From an uncultured Bacteroidota bacterium (lineage in GTDB: Bacteria > Bacteroidota > Bacteroidia > Bacteroidales > UBA12077): 64,000 nucleotides of DNA. The stretch is taken from positions 6,686-70,685 of the forward strand of contig CAJXLK010000021.1 in NCBI GenBank assembly GCA_913055635.1, written 5' to 3'. The notes beneath the pieces are model-generated. The model was given only the letters and a program-made list of their open reading frames with translations. It was not told the origin of the DNA and did no database searches. A program made the translations under genes and the position numbers. Positions 52,395-64,000 of this stretch are shown in pieces. Numbering within the stretch: the stretch's first letter is position 1; each line of letters opens with the position of its first letter.

Positions 52395-54434
52395 ATGGAC
52401 ATTAAGGACAATCAGCAATTCAACTCAGAGCAGGAGCAACCTCAACGGGAGCAGGTTGATTCTGTAACCCAACATGAGCAGGAAGCTTCACCCTATTCAG
52501 GCAACGGGGAAACCCCAGAAAATGAGGATTATTCGGGAGAAACCGGAGAGGATCAGCAGGTTCAGACCGAACAGGCTGAGGAAGGTCAATCAGCCGGCGA
52601 ATCAAAAGAATCCACCTTCCAGGAAGAATCCACCACCGGCGAAGAATCTGGCTCCGAACCGCAGGCTGCGGCCGACAGGGAAGAAGAGGAAGCGCCTGCA
52701 TCCAACATTGACTATACCACCTATACCCGTGAGGAGCTGATTGAACGCCTGAAAAACCTGATTCATTCCCAACAAGTGAACGACATCAAAAAAGAAGTCG
52801 ATATCATCAAGGCTACTTTTTATAAGAAACAACGGGCCCTGAATGAGGACAAGAAAAAGGAGTTCATCAACCAGGGTGGCCAGCCTGAGGATTTTGTCCC
52901 GGATAAAGATCCCCTGGAACAGGAACTGAAAGACCTTTTAAAAACCTTCAAAGAAAAGAAGGCCCAGGTCAACAGTAACATTGAAGAGGAAAAGAAGAAG
53001 AACCTGCGCAAGAAGTATGAGGTGATCGAGGAGCTGAAGAACCTGATCAACAAGAAAGAGTCGCTTGGACAAACTTTTCGTGAGTTCAGGGAACTGCAGC
53101 GGCGCTGGAAAGAGATCGGGCCGGTACCCCAGAACCGCCTGAAGGACCTTTGGGGCACCTACCACCACCATGTGGAGCGGTTTTACGATTACGTGAAGAT
53201 CAACAAGGAGTTGCGCGACCTCGATCTGAAAAAGAACCTCGAGGCCAAGGAGGAACTTTGCCGCAAGGCTGAACAGCTCGATGAAATGGACGACATTGTA
53301 GCGGCCTTCAATACCCTCCAGGAATACCATGATCAGTGGCGGGAAATCGGGCCGGTACCCAATGAAAAAAAAGAAGAACTGTGGCAGCGCTTTAAGGAGG
53401 CCACCCGGGTGATCAACAAAAAGCACCAGGAATACTTCAAAGAGCTGCGCAAGAAGCAGAATGAAAACCTCGAGGCCAAGCAAAAGCTCTGCGAGCAGGC
53501 CGAAGAGATCGCCGATATGGAGATCGACACCCACAAAGACTGGAACACATACACCCGCCAGATTCTTGATCTTCAGAAACAATGGCGGCAAATCGGGTTC
53601 GCCCCCAAAAAACACAACAACAAGATTTACCGGCGCTTCCGCAAAGCCTGCGACCGGTTCTTCGCCAAAAAACGGGTCTTCTATACCCAACATAAAGAAT
53701 GGCAGGAAAATAACCTGAAGAAAAAACAGCAATTTGCCGAACGGGCCGAAGAGCTTAAAGACAGCGAAGATTGGGACAAAGCCGCCAAAGAGCTGATCGA
53801 GCTGCAGAAACAATGGAAAGAAATCGGCCCCGTACCCAAAAAATACTCCGAACAGGTCTGGAACCGCTTCCGCTCGGCCTGCGATGAGTTCTTCCAGAAA
53901 AAGAAAAGCCGCGATTCAGGACAAAATAAGGATTACAGCGACAACCTGAGGAAGAAAAAGGAGCTGATCGAACAAATCCGCAACTTCCAACCGGGTGACG
54001 ATCCCCAGGAAAACCTCAAAAAACTCACCGAATTCGAAGAAACCTGGACCCACATCGGTTTTGTGCCCTATAAATACAAGGACAAAATCCAGCAGGAATA
54101 CCGCGAAGCCATGTATGAGCAATACGACCGGCTCAATATCGACGACAACCAGCGTGAGCTCCATAAATACCGGAGCAAGATCAAAAATATCCAGCAAAAA
54201 CCCAAAGCCGAGAACCGGTTGCGCCAGGAACGGGATAAGTTCATGAACAAAATCAAAAAGCTGGAGACCAACATCATCACCTGGGAAAACAACCTGGGAT
54301 TCATCTCGGGCGAATCCAGTGAGGCCAGCTCTATGATCGATGATTTTCAAAACAAGATCGATCAGGCGCGCAAAGAGATTGCCCTGCTGGAAGAAAAGAT
54401 CAAGCTGATCGATCAAATGGATACCGAAGAATAG
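52395..54434 (+). CDS. DUF349 repeat protein with an acidic N-terminal region
   Basis: Recurring W+EIGPVP repeats (RWKEIGPVPQ, QWREIGPVPN, QWRQIGFAPK, QWKEIGPVPK, TWTHIGFVPY). Confidence 0.8.
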   Translation: MDIKDNQQFNSEQEQPQREQVDSVTQHEQEASPYSGNGETPENEDYSGETGEDQQVQTEQAEEGQSAGESKESTFQEESTTGEESGSEPQAAADREEEEAPASNIDYTTYTREELIERLKNLIHSQQVNDIKKEVDIIKATFYKKQRALNEDKKKEFINQGGQPEDFVPDKDPLEQELKDLLKTFKEKKAQVNSNIEEEKKKNLRKKYEVIEELKNLINKKESLGQTFREFRELQRRWKEIGPVPQNRLKDLWGTYHHHVERFYDYVKINKELRDLDLKKNLEAKEELCRKAEQLDEMDDIVAAFNTLQEYHDQWREIGPVPNEKKEELWQRFKEATRVINKKHQEYFKELRKKQNENLEAKQKLCEQAEEIADMEIDTHKDWNTYTRQILDLQKQWRQIGFAPKKHNNKIYRRFRKACDRFFAKKRVFYTQHKEWQENNLKKKQQFAERAEELKDSEDWDKAAKELIELQKQWKEIGPVPKKYSEQVWNRFRSACDEFFQKKKSRDSGQNKDYSDNLRKKKELIEQIRNFQPGDDPQENLKKLTEFEETWTHIGFVPYKYKDKIQQEYREAMYEQYDRLNIDDNQRELHKYRSKIKNIQQKPKAENRLRQERDKFMNKIKKLETNIITWENNLGFISGESSEASSMIDDFQNKIDQARKEIALLEEKIKLIDQMDTEE

Positions 54435-54445
54435 CAAAGCAATAG

Positions 54446-56056
<1,611 letters not shown>

Positions 56057-56149
56057 GGGAACACATTCCCGGAAATAGATTTTGAAAATCTTATGATTTA
56101 AGTTTATCTTTGAGCCCCTATTTGAAAAAGGTGTTTAAATCATAACAAG

Positions 56150-58054
56150 ATGGATAAAAATTCAGTTATAGGCCTGTTGATCATTGCCTTGATACTGGTG
56201 GTTTTTGGACTGCTTAACAAACCATCGCAGGAAGAGATTGAAAGGGCCCAAAGAAGAAGAGACTCCCTACAGAAGATAGAACAGCAGAGACAGGATACCA
56301 CCCCGCAGCAGGAGACCCGGCAAAAAAAGGCAGCCGGAGGCCAACAGCAGGCCACCACACAGGATCAGGCACCTGCCCCAACCGACACCAGCGCCTCGAC
56401 CAAAGCTTTGCGCGAAGAATACGGACCTTTTGCCCGCAGTGCCAGGGGCGAACAAAAAGCGGTGGTGCTCGAAAACAACCGCATCAAAGCCCGGATATCG
56501 ACCATGGGGGGTAAGCTCAATATGGTGGAACTTAAAAAATATGAAACCTACGAGGGCGGACCGCTGGTACTGTTTGACAGCACCCGCAATACCTTCGGTT
56601 TCAATTTCTTTGCCAACAACCGCCGGATTGCCACCAACGACCTTTACTTCAGGATTGAAAACAACCGCGATTCCATCTTCGTCAAAGACCGGGCCCAAAC
56701 GGTCAACATGAGGTTATATGCTGGCGATCAGAACTACATCGAATACAGCTATACCCTGAAGCCCAACAGCAACATCCTCGATTTCAACGTGCGTTTCGTC
56801 CGCATGAATACCATCATCCCAAGGAACCTGAGCACGATGAACCTGCAGTGGAACATCAATTCGCCGCAGCAGGAGAAAGGCGCCGATAACGAAAACAATT
56901 TTACCACCATCGGTTACAAATACTACCAGGATGATGTGGACGACATCCGGGCCCGGGCCAACGATGAGGACAGCGAAGAGATCAATACCCGGCTGAAATG
57001 GGTCGCCTTCAAACAACAATTTTTCTCATCCATTTTAGTTTCCGACCAGTACTTTTCCAACGCCGAGGTTTCATTCAAAACCCTGGGTGATAGCAAGGAA
57101 TACCTCAAGCACATGACCGCCCAGATTGGCGTGCCCTATAAAACCCGTGGGCAGTACGAGATGCCCATGCATTTTTACTTCGGCCCCAATCACTACAACA
57201 CCCTGAAGGATTACGACCAGGGGTTTGAAGATCTGGTTAACCTGGGGCCTGCCATTTTCAGCTGGGTGAGTAAATACATCATCATTCCCATTTTCAACTG
57301 GCTGGACAATTCCATCGCCAATTACGGGATCATCATCCTGTTGCTGACCCTGATCATCAAGGCGGTGCTGTTCCCGCTGACTTACCGTTCCTACCTTTCA
57401 CAGGCCAAGATGCGGGTATTGAAGCCGGAGATAGATGAGATCAACAAGAAATATCCCAAGAAAGAGGACAACATGAAAAAGCAGCGGGCCACCATGGACC
57501 TCTACAAGAAGGCCGGGGTGAACCCCCTGGGCGGGTGCCTGCCCATGCTCTTGCAGTTGCCGATTTTGATCGCCATGGTGCGGTTCTTCCCCTCATCCTT
57601 TGAGCTGCGACAGGAAAGCTTCCTGTGGGCCGATGATTTGTCCTCTTATGATTCCATTTTACAGCTGCCGTTTGAGATCCCCTTCTATGGCGATCACGTC
57701 AGCTTGTTCACCCTTTTGATGGCCGTGACGCTGATCTTCACCACCCGTATCAACAGCGCCCAGATGGGCAGTACGGGTCAACAGATGCCCGGGATGAAAT
57801 TCTTCACCACTTACTTCATGCCGGTGATGCTGCTGTTCATCTTTAATGGGTTCTCATCCGCCCTGAGTTACTATTTCCTTCTGTCCAACGCCATTACGCT
57901 GGGTCAAACCCTGTTGATTCGTAATTTTGTTGACGACGAGGCCATCCACAAGAAAATCAGGGAAAACAAGAAAAAGCCGGCCAAAAAATCCAAGTGGCAG
58001 CAGAAGCTGGAGGAGGCCCAGAAAAAACGGGGCTACCAACCCAAAAAGCGATAA
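56150..58054 (+). CDS. yidC: Membrane protein insertase YidC (long Bacteroidota form)
   Basis: 634 aa. N-terminal TM, large periplasmic domain, then NYGIIILLLTLIIKAVLFPLT, GVNPLGGCLPMLLQLPILIAM and a basic C-terminal tail. Confidence 0.92.
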   Translation: MDKNSVIGLLIIALILVVFGLLNKPSQEEIERAQRRRDSLQKIEQQRQDTTPQQETRQKKAAGGQQQATTQDQAPAPTDTSASTKALREEYGPFARSARGEQKAVVLENNRIKARISTMGGKLNMVELKKYETYEGGPLVLFDSTRNTFGFNFFANNRRIATNDLYFRIENNRDSIFVKDRAQTVNMRLYAGDQNYIEYSYTLKPNSNILDFNVRFVRMNTIIPRNLSTMNLQWNINSPQQEKGADNENNFTTIGYKYYQDDVDDIRARANDEDSEEINTRLKWVAFKQQFFSSILVSDQYFSNAEVSFKTLGDSKEYLKHMTAQIGVPYKTRGQYEMPMHFYFGPNHYNTLKDYDQGFEDLVNLGPAIFSWVSKYIIIPIFNWLDNSIANYGIIILLLTLIIKAVLFPLTYRSYLSQAKMRVLKPEIDEINKKYPKKEDNMKKQRATMDLYKKAGVNPLGGCLPMLLQLPILIAMVRFFPSSFELRQESFLWADDLSSYDSILQLPFEIPFYGDHVSLFTLLMAVTLIFTTRINSAQMGSTGQQMPGMKFFTTYFMPVMLLFIFNGFSSALSYYFLLSNAITLGQTLLIRNFVDDEAIHKKIRENKKKPAKKSKWQQKLEEAQKKRGYQPKKR

Positions 58055-58064
58055 AAAAACACCC

Positions 58065-58201
58065 CGCAAAACCACCCCGCTTAGCGGGGGTAAAGATAAA
58101 AGAGACCCCGCTTAGCGGGGTCTGAATAAAAAAAACTTAAGCCATTTCAACTTAACCCGCTTAGCGGAGTGATACCGCTTGGCGGGTTTTTTTGACCCCG
58201 C
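58065..58201. repeat. Cluster of five REP-like palindromes (three good, two degenerate) between convergent yidC and the receiver gene
   Basis: ccccgcttagcgggg at 58065-58079, agaccccgcttagcggggtct at 58093-58113 and accccgctaagcggggt at 58185-58201. Degenerate copies are aacccgcttagcggagt and ataccgcttggcgggtttttttt. Confidence 0.8.
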
Positions 58202-58210
58202 TAAGCGGGG

Positions 58211-58588
58211 TTAAATGAATCGCTCCATGGCGGCCAGGAAATTGGCTGGTTTGAAGGGTTTGGTTAAAAAGGAGGTACAACCGGCCTGGTAGGCCTCTTC
58301 CCGGTCATTGGACATGGGGGTTGAAGTGTGGCCGATCACGGCTACGTCAGGATCCACGACCTTGATCTGGCGGGTGGCCTCTTTACCATCCATCTGGTTG
58401 ATTCTGAGATTCATAAGTACCATATCCACACGGCCGGGTCGGCGGCAAAAATCAACCGCCTCTTCCCCACTCTGAGCCCAGAGTACTTTTGCACCGGTTC
58501 CATCCAAGATGGTCTTCAGGAACAGATAATTGATCTTCTCTTCCTCAGCAATTAATATGGTCTTATTGGGCCACAAAGCCTTATTCAT
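58211..58588 (-). CDS. Single-domain receiver (CheY-like) protein lacking the canonical phospho-acceptor Asp
   Basis: 125 aa. ILIAEEEKINY, DMVLMNLRINQMDG (Asn where CheY has D57 in SDWNMPNMDG), and the conserved Thr/Lys positions retained (GHTS, LTKPF). Confidence 0.75.
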   Translation of the reverse strand: MNKALWPNKTILIAEEEKINYLFLKTILDGTGAKVLWAQSGEEAVDFCRRPGRVDMVLMNLRINQMDGKEATRQIKVVDPDVAVIGHTSTPMSNDREEAYQAGCTSFLTKPFKPANFLAAMERFI

Positions 58589-58665
58589 TGGTATAAGGAT
58601 TTACACCATAGAACCCGTGATTTATACATCGCCCTGTTGTGTAGTCCGTAGATGTGGTTTGATGT

Positions 58666-59538
58666 CTATTGATGGAGGGCTTGATACATCTTCTCTCCAA
58701 TCTCTGCGGGTGATTCGGCGATGATGATGCCCTTCTCCCGCATGGCATCCATCTTGGCAGATGCAGTATCGGCTTTGCCACCAATAATAGCCCCAGCGTG
58801 TCCCATCCTGCGGCCCTTGGGAGCTGTTTTCCCAGCAATGAAAGCTACCACAGGCTTGGTACCGTTTTGGTGAATCCATTCGGCGGCATCGGTCTCCATA
58901 TTTCCGCCAATTTCACCAATGATGATGATGCCTTCGGTCTGGTCATCCGCCATCAACATCTTAACGGCCTCCAGGGTGGAGGTGCCGATGATGGGATCAC
59001 CGCCAATCCCGATGCAGGTCGACTGGCCCAGCCCCTTTTTGGTTACCTGGTCAACCGCCTCATAAGTAAGGGTGCCCGAGCGCGAAACGATGCCTACCCC
59101 ACCCTTCTGGTGAATGAATCCAGGCATAATGCCCACTTTAGCTTCACCCGGGGTGATGATTCCAGGGCAATTGGGTCCGATCAGGGTGGTGTTTCTATCT
59201 TTTAAAAATTCCTGTACTTTAACCATATCCTGGGTGGGAATGCCTTCAGTAATGGCAACGACCACCTCAATGCCCGCATCGGCCGCTTCCATAATGGCAT
59301 CTGCCGCAAACGGCGGAGGAACAAAAATGACCGATGTGTTGGCTCCCGTTTCCTTCCGGGCATTTTCAACGGTATTAAAAACCGGCCGCTCCAGATGTTT
59401 CATCCCTTCTTTGCCCGGGGTAACCCCGCCTACAACATTGGTGCCGTAATCCATCATTTGGCGGGCATGAAAAGTGCCTTCACTTCCGGTGAAGCCCTGT
59501 ACAATAACCTTGGATGCTTCGTTGACCAGTACGCTCAT
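58666..59538 (-). CDS. sucD: Succinate--CoA ligase subunit alpha
   Basis: [48 protein letters not shown]. Confidence 0.95.
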   Translation of the reverse strand: MSVLVNEASKVIVQGFTGSEGTFHARQMMDYGTNVVGGVTPGKEGMKHLERPVFNTVENARKETGANTSVIFVPPPFAADAIMEAADAGIEVVVAITEGIPTQDMVKVQEFLKDRNTTLIGPNCPGIITPGEAKVGIMPGFIHQKGGVGIVSRSGTLTYEAVDQVTKKGLGQSTCIGIGGDPIIGTSTLEAVKMLMADDQTEGIIIIGEIGGNMETDAAEWIHQNGTKPVVAFIAGKTAPKGRRMGHAGAIIGGKADTASAKMDAMREKGIIIAESPAEIGEKMYQALHQ

Positions 59539-59879
59539 AGTCTATAAAATATGGTTTCGTTCTTTCAAAATTAAATTTTTTATCCATGAAAGCAAAGCAT
59601 CGGCTGAAAGATGTTGCATTTCTTTGGCGCATCGAAACATTTTATTAAATTTAGATGAAATTATGGGCCTTGGCTCTGCCGGGCAATGAAGGAGACCTGC
59701 AATATAAGTGCATCCGGTTTTACTGGAATGGTATGATCCAAAAGATTCCCCAATAAAAGCAAACCAGAACTTACACGACAAGAAAAGGAATCAGCATGCA
59801 GGTGTCATGGGCATCAACGCAAACCAGGGGTAAAAAAACGGCTCTTACAATACTTAATGTTCATAAAATCCCTATCGCA

Positions 59880-60581
59880 ATGAAAAAGCAAAACCTAACC
59901 CTAAGCATTAGCCTGACCTTTGTAATGGTCGTTGGTTTATTTGTTGCATCCACCTATGGACAGTCGAACTGCGAGGTTCGTATGCCATCGCTCAAAGGCC
60001 AGTATCACGGCAACTGCAAAGATGGAGTGGCCCATGGTTACGGAGTAGCCATCGGCGAGGACACCTACAAGGGAAACTTTAAAAACGGGCTGCCGCATGG
60101 CCAGGGGACATACATCTGGGCCAACGGCAACAAATATGAAGGCAAATGGAAAGAAGGCAAGCGCCATGGCAAAGGCAAGATGATCTATAAGAAGTCAGGC
60201 CAGGACAGCACCGTTACCGGCATGTGGAAAAACGGGCAATTTGCCCGGGCGGAAAAAGAGGAAGAGGAGAAAGATCATGAGGTGAACACCAAAGACGGGG
60301 TTGACCGGGTGAAAATATACCGCAACGGAGATCGCAATATGGTTGAAATCGTTCTGCAAAGGCATGGCAGTTCAAAAGACATCAGGAACCTTCGGCTGAA
60401 TGCAAGCAGCGGGACCAAAAACACCCGGAGCCAGCCCTTTAAGGTGGAATTTCCCAAATTTCCCTTTCAGGCCACCATCCTGTTCGAAGCCCCCAGCAAG
60501 CTTCAAACCTATTACAAAAAGTGTGAGGTGGGTTTTGAAATCAACAAACCAGGCCGCTGGGTAGTAGAGATCACTTATTGA
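59880..60581 (+). CDS. MORN-repeat protein with a signal peptide
   Basis: Start placed at MKKQNLTLSISLTFVMVVGLFVASTYGQ. MORN units YHGNCKDGVAHGYG, YKGNFKNGLPHGQGTY, YEGKWKEGKRHGKGKM. Confidence 0.75.
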   Translation: MKKQNLTLSISLTFVMVVGLFVASTYGQSNCEVRMPSLKGQYHGNCKDGVAHGYGVAIGEDTYKGNFKNGLPHGQGTYIWANGNKYEGKWKEGKRHGKGKMIYKKSGQDSTVTGMWKNGQFARAEKEEEEKDHEVNTKDGVDRVKIYRNGDRNMVEIVLQRHGSSKDIRNLRLNASSGTKNTRSQPFKVEFPKFPFQATILFEAPSKLQTYYKKCEVGFEINKPGRWVVEITY

Positions 60582-60720
60582 GCGGGGCAAGAGCTAAAAC
60601 CATTGGCCCTGAAGGTTGCTAGAACCTGTTGGCTGCTCACAGCAAGCTTTCAAAGACCAGTTCTTTGGAAGCTTTGCTTTTTTTTAACTTTGTGCTGATC
60701 TAATCAAGTTTGAATAGAAG

Positions 60721-62130
60721 ATGACCAATGAAACCATAGTTGCCATATCGAGTCCGCAGGGTTCGGGGGCCATAGCAGTGATCCGGGCCGACGGGGATGA
60801 TGTTTTCACGGTGGTAAACAGACTTTTCCTGCCTGCCGGGCAAAAGGGTGATGTTGCCAACCTCACCCCACGGAAAGTTCATTTTGGGCAAATTGTTGAT
60901 GGTGAACAGACTGTTGATGAAGTTTTGGTGGTGGCTTTTCATGCACCTCACTCTTACACCGGCAATCATATGGTGGAGATTTCCTGCCACGGGTCGCGTT
61001 ATATTCAGCAAAAGATCCTGCAGCTGTTGATTGATCGTGGTGGGCAGGCGGCTCAGGCCGGTGAGTTCACCATGCGGGCCTTTCAAAACGGCAAAATGGA
61101 CCTGGCCCAGGCCGAAGGGGTAGCCGATTTGATCGCCTCCACCTCGAGGGCCTCTCATAAGCTCGCCATGCAGCAGATGCGCGGGGGATTTTCGGCGCAG
61201 ATCAGCACCCTCAGGGAAAAGCTGTTGCACTTCATTTCCCTGATCGAGCTGGAACTTGATTTCAGCGAGGAAGATGTGGAGTTTGCCGATCGCACCCAAT
61301 TAAAGCAGTTGCTGGAAGAGGTTGATGGGTTGATTCACAAGCTGCTGAATTCCTTCACCCTGGGCAATGCCATGAAAAACGGTTTTCCGGTGGCCATAGC
61401 CGGCAACACCAATGTAGGCAAATCCACTTTGCTCAACCGGCTTTTAAACGAAGAAAAAGCCATTGTCACCGATATTGCCGGCACCACGCGCGATGTCATT
61501 GAGGATGTGATCAACATAGAGGGGGTGGAATTCCGCTTCATCGACACGGCCGGTATACGGGATACAAGGGAAAAGATTGAGGCCATGGGCATTGAACGCA
61601 CGTTTAATCAGATCGACAAGGCCCATATCATCCTGTTGCTGGTTGATGCCACCCAGCCACACGAGGCGGTAAGGGAAACCATTCAAAAGGTAGAGAAACG
61701 AATCCGGGATACGGGGAAAAAATTGCTGGTCCTGCTCAACAAGGTCGACCAGGTAAAGGATGAACAAGCCCTGGAGGAGACCGAGCAGGCCATTGGCCAG
61801 GAGCTTGCCTGCGATGATCAGTGGTTGCGCATTTCGGCCAAAACTGGCGAAAACATCGAGGGGTTGATATCTTATTTACTGGATGCCGTTAACTATTCAG
61901 CCCTTGAGCAGAACGAGATCATGGTCACCAACGTGCGCCATTATGAAGCACTCAAGCGTGCCTCCGAGGCCATGGATCGGGCGCGGCAGGGGCTGGATTC
62001 CGGACTCAGCTCCGACCTCTTCGCCATGGACGTACGCCAGGTACTGCATTACCTGGGCGAGATCACCGGCGAGATCACCACCGACGAGATCCTGGGCAAC
62101 ATCTTCGCCAATTTCTGTATCGGTAAGTGA
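60721..62130 (+). CDS. mnmE: tRNA modification GTPase MnmE
   Basis: TIVAISSPQGSGAIAVIR, G-domain (IAGNTNVGKSTLLN, DTAGIR, NKVD) and the C-terminal FCIGK. Confidence 0.95.
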   Translation: MTNETIVAISSPQGSGAIAVIRADGDDVFTVVNRLFLPAGQKGDVANLTPRKVHFGQIVDGEQTVDEVLVVAFHAPHSYTGNHMVEISCHGSRYIQQKILQLLIDRGGQAAQAGEFTMRAFQNGKMDLAQAEGVADLIASTSRASHKLAMQQMRGGFSAQISTLREKLLHFISLIELELDFSEEDVEFADRTQLKQLLEEVDGLIHKLLNSFTLGNAMKNGFPVAIAGNTNVGKSTLLNRLLNEEKAIVTDIAGTTRDVIEDVINIEGVEFRFIDTAGIRDTREKIEAMGIERTFNQIDKAHIILLLVDATQPHEAVRETIQKVEKRIRDTGKKLLVLLNKVDQVKDEQALEETEQAIGQELACDDQWLRISAKTGENIEGLISYLLDAVNYSALEQNEIMVTNVRHYEALKRASEAMDRARQGLDSGLSSDLFAMDVRQVLHYLGEITGEITTDEILGNIFANFCIGK

Positions 62131-62138
62131 GTGAGACC

Positions 62139-62172
62139 CGGATTTCATAAGCCACAGGCGCAATGAAATCCG
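62139..62172 (+). terminator. 10-bp perfect hairpin after mnmE
   Basis: ccggatttcat-N13-atgaaatccg, located 9 nt after the stop. No strong T-run follows. Confidence 0.45.
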
Positions 62173-62341
62173 CTGGTCGAACTCATCCCACCATCAACTA
62201 TTATAATACCAACCAAAATATCTTTTATTTAAAATCTCTTAAATCCATCTATATAGCAATCATAAGCTATTAAAACTTAAATAAGGCCAACTAAATGCCG
62301 GCCTTAATTGTAGACTGGATACTACAGCAAGCTGCAAAAAC

Positions 62342-64000
62342 TTAATGCCGCACCTCTATCTTAGCCCTATATACCTTCTCCCCCTGAACCACGTGCAGGA
62401 TATAGAATCCCTCCTCCAGGTCATTGGTTGAGATCTGGACGGTTTGCATGTTGGTATTAAATTGTCTTAGAAGATGATAATTCAAATCGTAGAGATAATA
62501 TTCATAGGTTTGTTTTTGAGTGCTTCGAATTTGAACATCCGATGAATCGGCCTCCCCTGGCTGCTCCTCAACCGTAACAGTTACCATATCATCAGAAGGA
62601 TTCGGCATTAGGGTAAGGGTACCTTCCGGATGCATACAAATCACATCTGCTCTTTGAAAAATCGTGGGACCATCCCCGCATGCGTTCACTCCTTCCACAT
62701 TCAGTCCGAGTGACCAGGTACAATAGGGAACAAACGTAAGGCATTCGGTTCCCTGTCCTTCATCAATATATCCACCATCTATACCCCAGTTATAGGACGA
62801 AGCCCCATCGCTTTCACCACTGACGCATGCCACATTGGGCACATTGGCCTGAACCTCACCGAGTTCCCCTGGATCCCATTCGGGTTGATCCGGCAAGCCA
62901 ACCCATACATTTTTTCGAGGAACCGAACCACAACCACCGGAAGTTGTAGCCTCTATCCACCCTGCACCACTGGTGGAGCTGCTGGTTGCCTCCACCGAGT
63001 AAGTGTCGGTTCCCTGGCCAGATATATAACTCAGATTACCACTATTCGACCAGGTAACCGATCCATCGGGCATATCCAAATCCAATGAAAATGTTTTCCC
63101 TGAGGTACAAACAGGTCCTGATCCCGTTATGGCATTTGGACAGGTAACTTCTTCCATATAAGGCAAATAATTGTGTTTGGTTACAGTGACATAGTATGGC
63201 TTGGGCACATTTGAAAAGGTATGGCTGGAAACATTGGATACCGTGTCCCAATAAGCAGAGCCCCCATCATCCGAAGTCATTACACAAATATTGCAATCGC
63301 TTATGCCGCCGGTTTTAACTGTTACATCACCACTGCTTTCTGTAATGGTTACACCGGTAAATTCAGAAGGCACATCAGTCCAAAGCTCCGTTTCAGGGCA
63401 ACCGATTAGATTATGGGATAATCTTAAATAATGGCTGTTATCATTATGCTTGGAAATTGCTTCCGCTTGACCAAAATGATATATATTGGCGTTTATTACT
63501 GCTTCAATGAATTTACTGAACAGGTCTTTCGAACTCCCTACCCAACCATATCTTGTATTTCCCAGGTAAATCGGTCCACCTGCCTGGGTCATCACAGTAA
63601 AGGCTTCTCCCATGTTTTTAAGATCGCTGCTGTGGCGAAAATCATCAAACGGGTTAGTTTCACAGGAAATGGTATAAACAACGGATGGATGATTGGTATT
63701 TGTCAGATCATCAAACCCGTTACCATCGTTGTCGGGAACCTCACAACCACCATCGTGGCTGTCTTTAAAAACGATTTTATGCTTGCCCTGGTCAAAACAT
63801 TCATTGGCACCTGGTGTAGCCATAGCAATTGCTTGGGGTTTTCCGTGATTAAACCAACCAACCATTCCCCAATGTTCATTCAATTTACCAATCACATCAT
63901 TTCCCGAAGGAAATTGAGGGGTGCCGGGGCTATCCCAATCATTTGAACCGTTATATTTTTCTGAGTAAACGGTCCATTGGGGAAATACCGACATAAATTC
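62342..64000 (-). CDS. T9SS C-terminal-sorting-domain protein with a gingipain (C25)-like region; 5' end outside window
   Basis: The frame is open to the window edge. The C-terminus (LMPNPSDDMVTVTV..YYLYDLNYHLLRQF..LEEGFYILHVVQGEKVYRAKIEV) matches the T9SS type A sorting-domain pattern. The N-terminal part (WFNHGKPQAIAM, YTISCETNPFDD, IYLGNTRYGW) resembles C25-type peptidases. Confidence 0.65.
   Translation of the reverse strand, partial: EFMSVFPQWTVYSEKYNGSNDWDSPGTPQFPSGNDVIGKLNEHWGMVGWFNHGKPQAIAMATPGANECFDQGKHKIVFKDSHDGGCEVPDNDGNGFDDLTNTNHPSVVYTISCETNPFDDFRHSSDLKNMGEAFTVMTQAGGPIYLGNTRYGWVGSSKDLFSKFIEAVINANIYHFGQAEAISKHNDNSHYLRLSHNLIGCPETELWTDVPSEFTGVTITESSGDVTVKTGGISDCNICVMTSDDGGSAYWDTVSNVSSHTFSNVPKPYYVTVTKHNYLPYMEEVTCPNAITGSGPVCTSGKTFSLDLDMPDGSVTWSNSGNLSYISGQGTDTYSVEATSSSTSGAGWIEATTSGGCGSVPRKNVWVGLPDQPEWDPGELGEVQANVPNVACVSGESDGASSYNWGIDGGYIDEGQGTECLTFVPYCTWSLGLNVEGVNACGDGPTIFQRADVICMHPEGTLTLMPNPSDDMVTVTVEEQPGEADSSDVQIRSTQKQTYEYYLYDLNYHLLRQFNTNMQTVQISTNDLEEGFYILHVVQGEKVYRAKIEVRH

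Overview
This 64-kb chromosomal segment reads like a Bacteroidota genome. Supporting markers are a T9SS C-terminal sorting-domain protein, a SusB-like GH97, ECF-sigma/FecR pairs, long-form YidC, archaeal-type ProS and multi-copy ~800-aa FtsX permeases. All product calls come from motifs I recognise in the translations; nothing was searched. Housekeeping genes appear intact: argS, proS, pyrG, yidC, sucD, mnmE, plus a DUF349 protein. The accessory content falls into five groups. (1) An A+T-rich island at about 11.0-16.8 kb holds a diversity-generating retroelement (DGR) in canonical order: target gene with a C-terminal variable repeat (VR), an Avd-like four-helix-bundle gene, a template repeat (TR), then a reverse transcriptase (RT). 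TR and VR are 137 bp each and differ at 26 positions, 25 of them at TR adenines; TR carries 14 AAC codons. The RT survives only as a 58-codon N-terminal stub. The stub ends at one copy of a ~77-bp direct repeat pair that brackets a 1.2-kb segment carrying a PD-(D/E)XK nuclease-like gene. The DGR target itself is fused to the wreck of a caspase-like lipoprotein gene. (2) A sigma-54-dependent two-component system, whose kinase has two TM helices separated by only 5 residues, sits divergent from five tandem paralogous FtsX-type permease genes. No ABC ATPase is present in the window. A conserved non-coding module follows each paralog. (3) A 73-bp tandem repeat array lies between that kinase and a GroES-like gene. 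(4) Two dispersed palindromic repeat families are present: a ~68-bp hairpin element whose stems show compensatory changes between copies (8 copies), and a 17-nt REP-like palindrome at gene ends. (5) Two tyrosine-rich low-complexity lipoproteins flank a FadL-like barrel. No rRNA, tRNA, CRISPR array, transposase or integrase was recognised.
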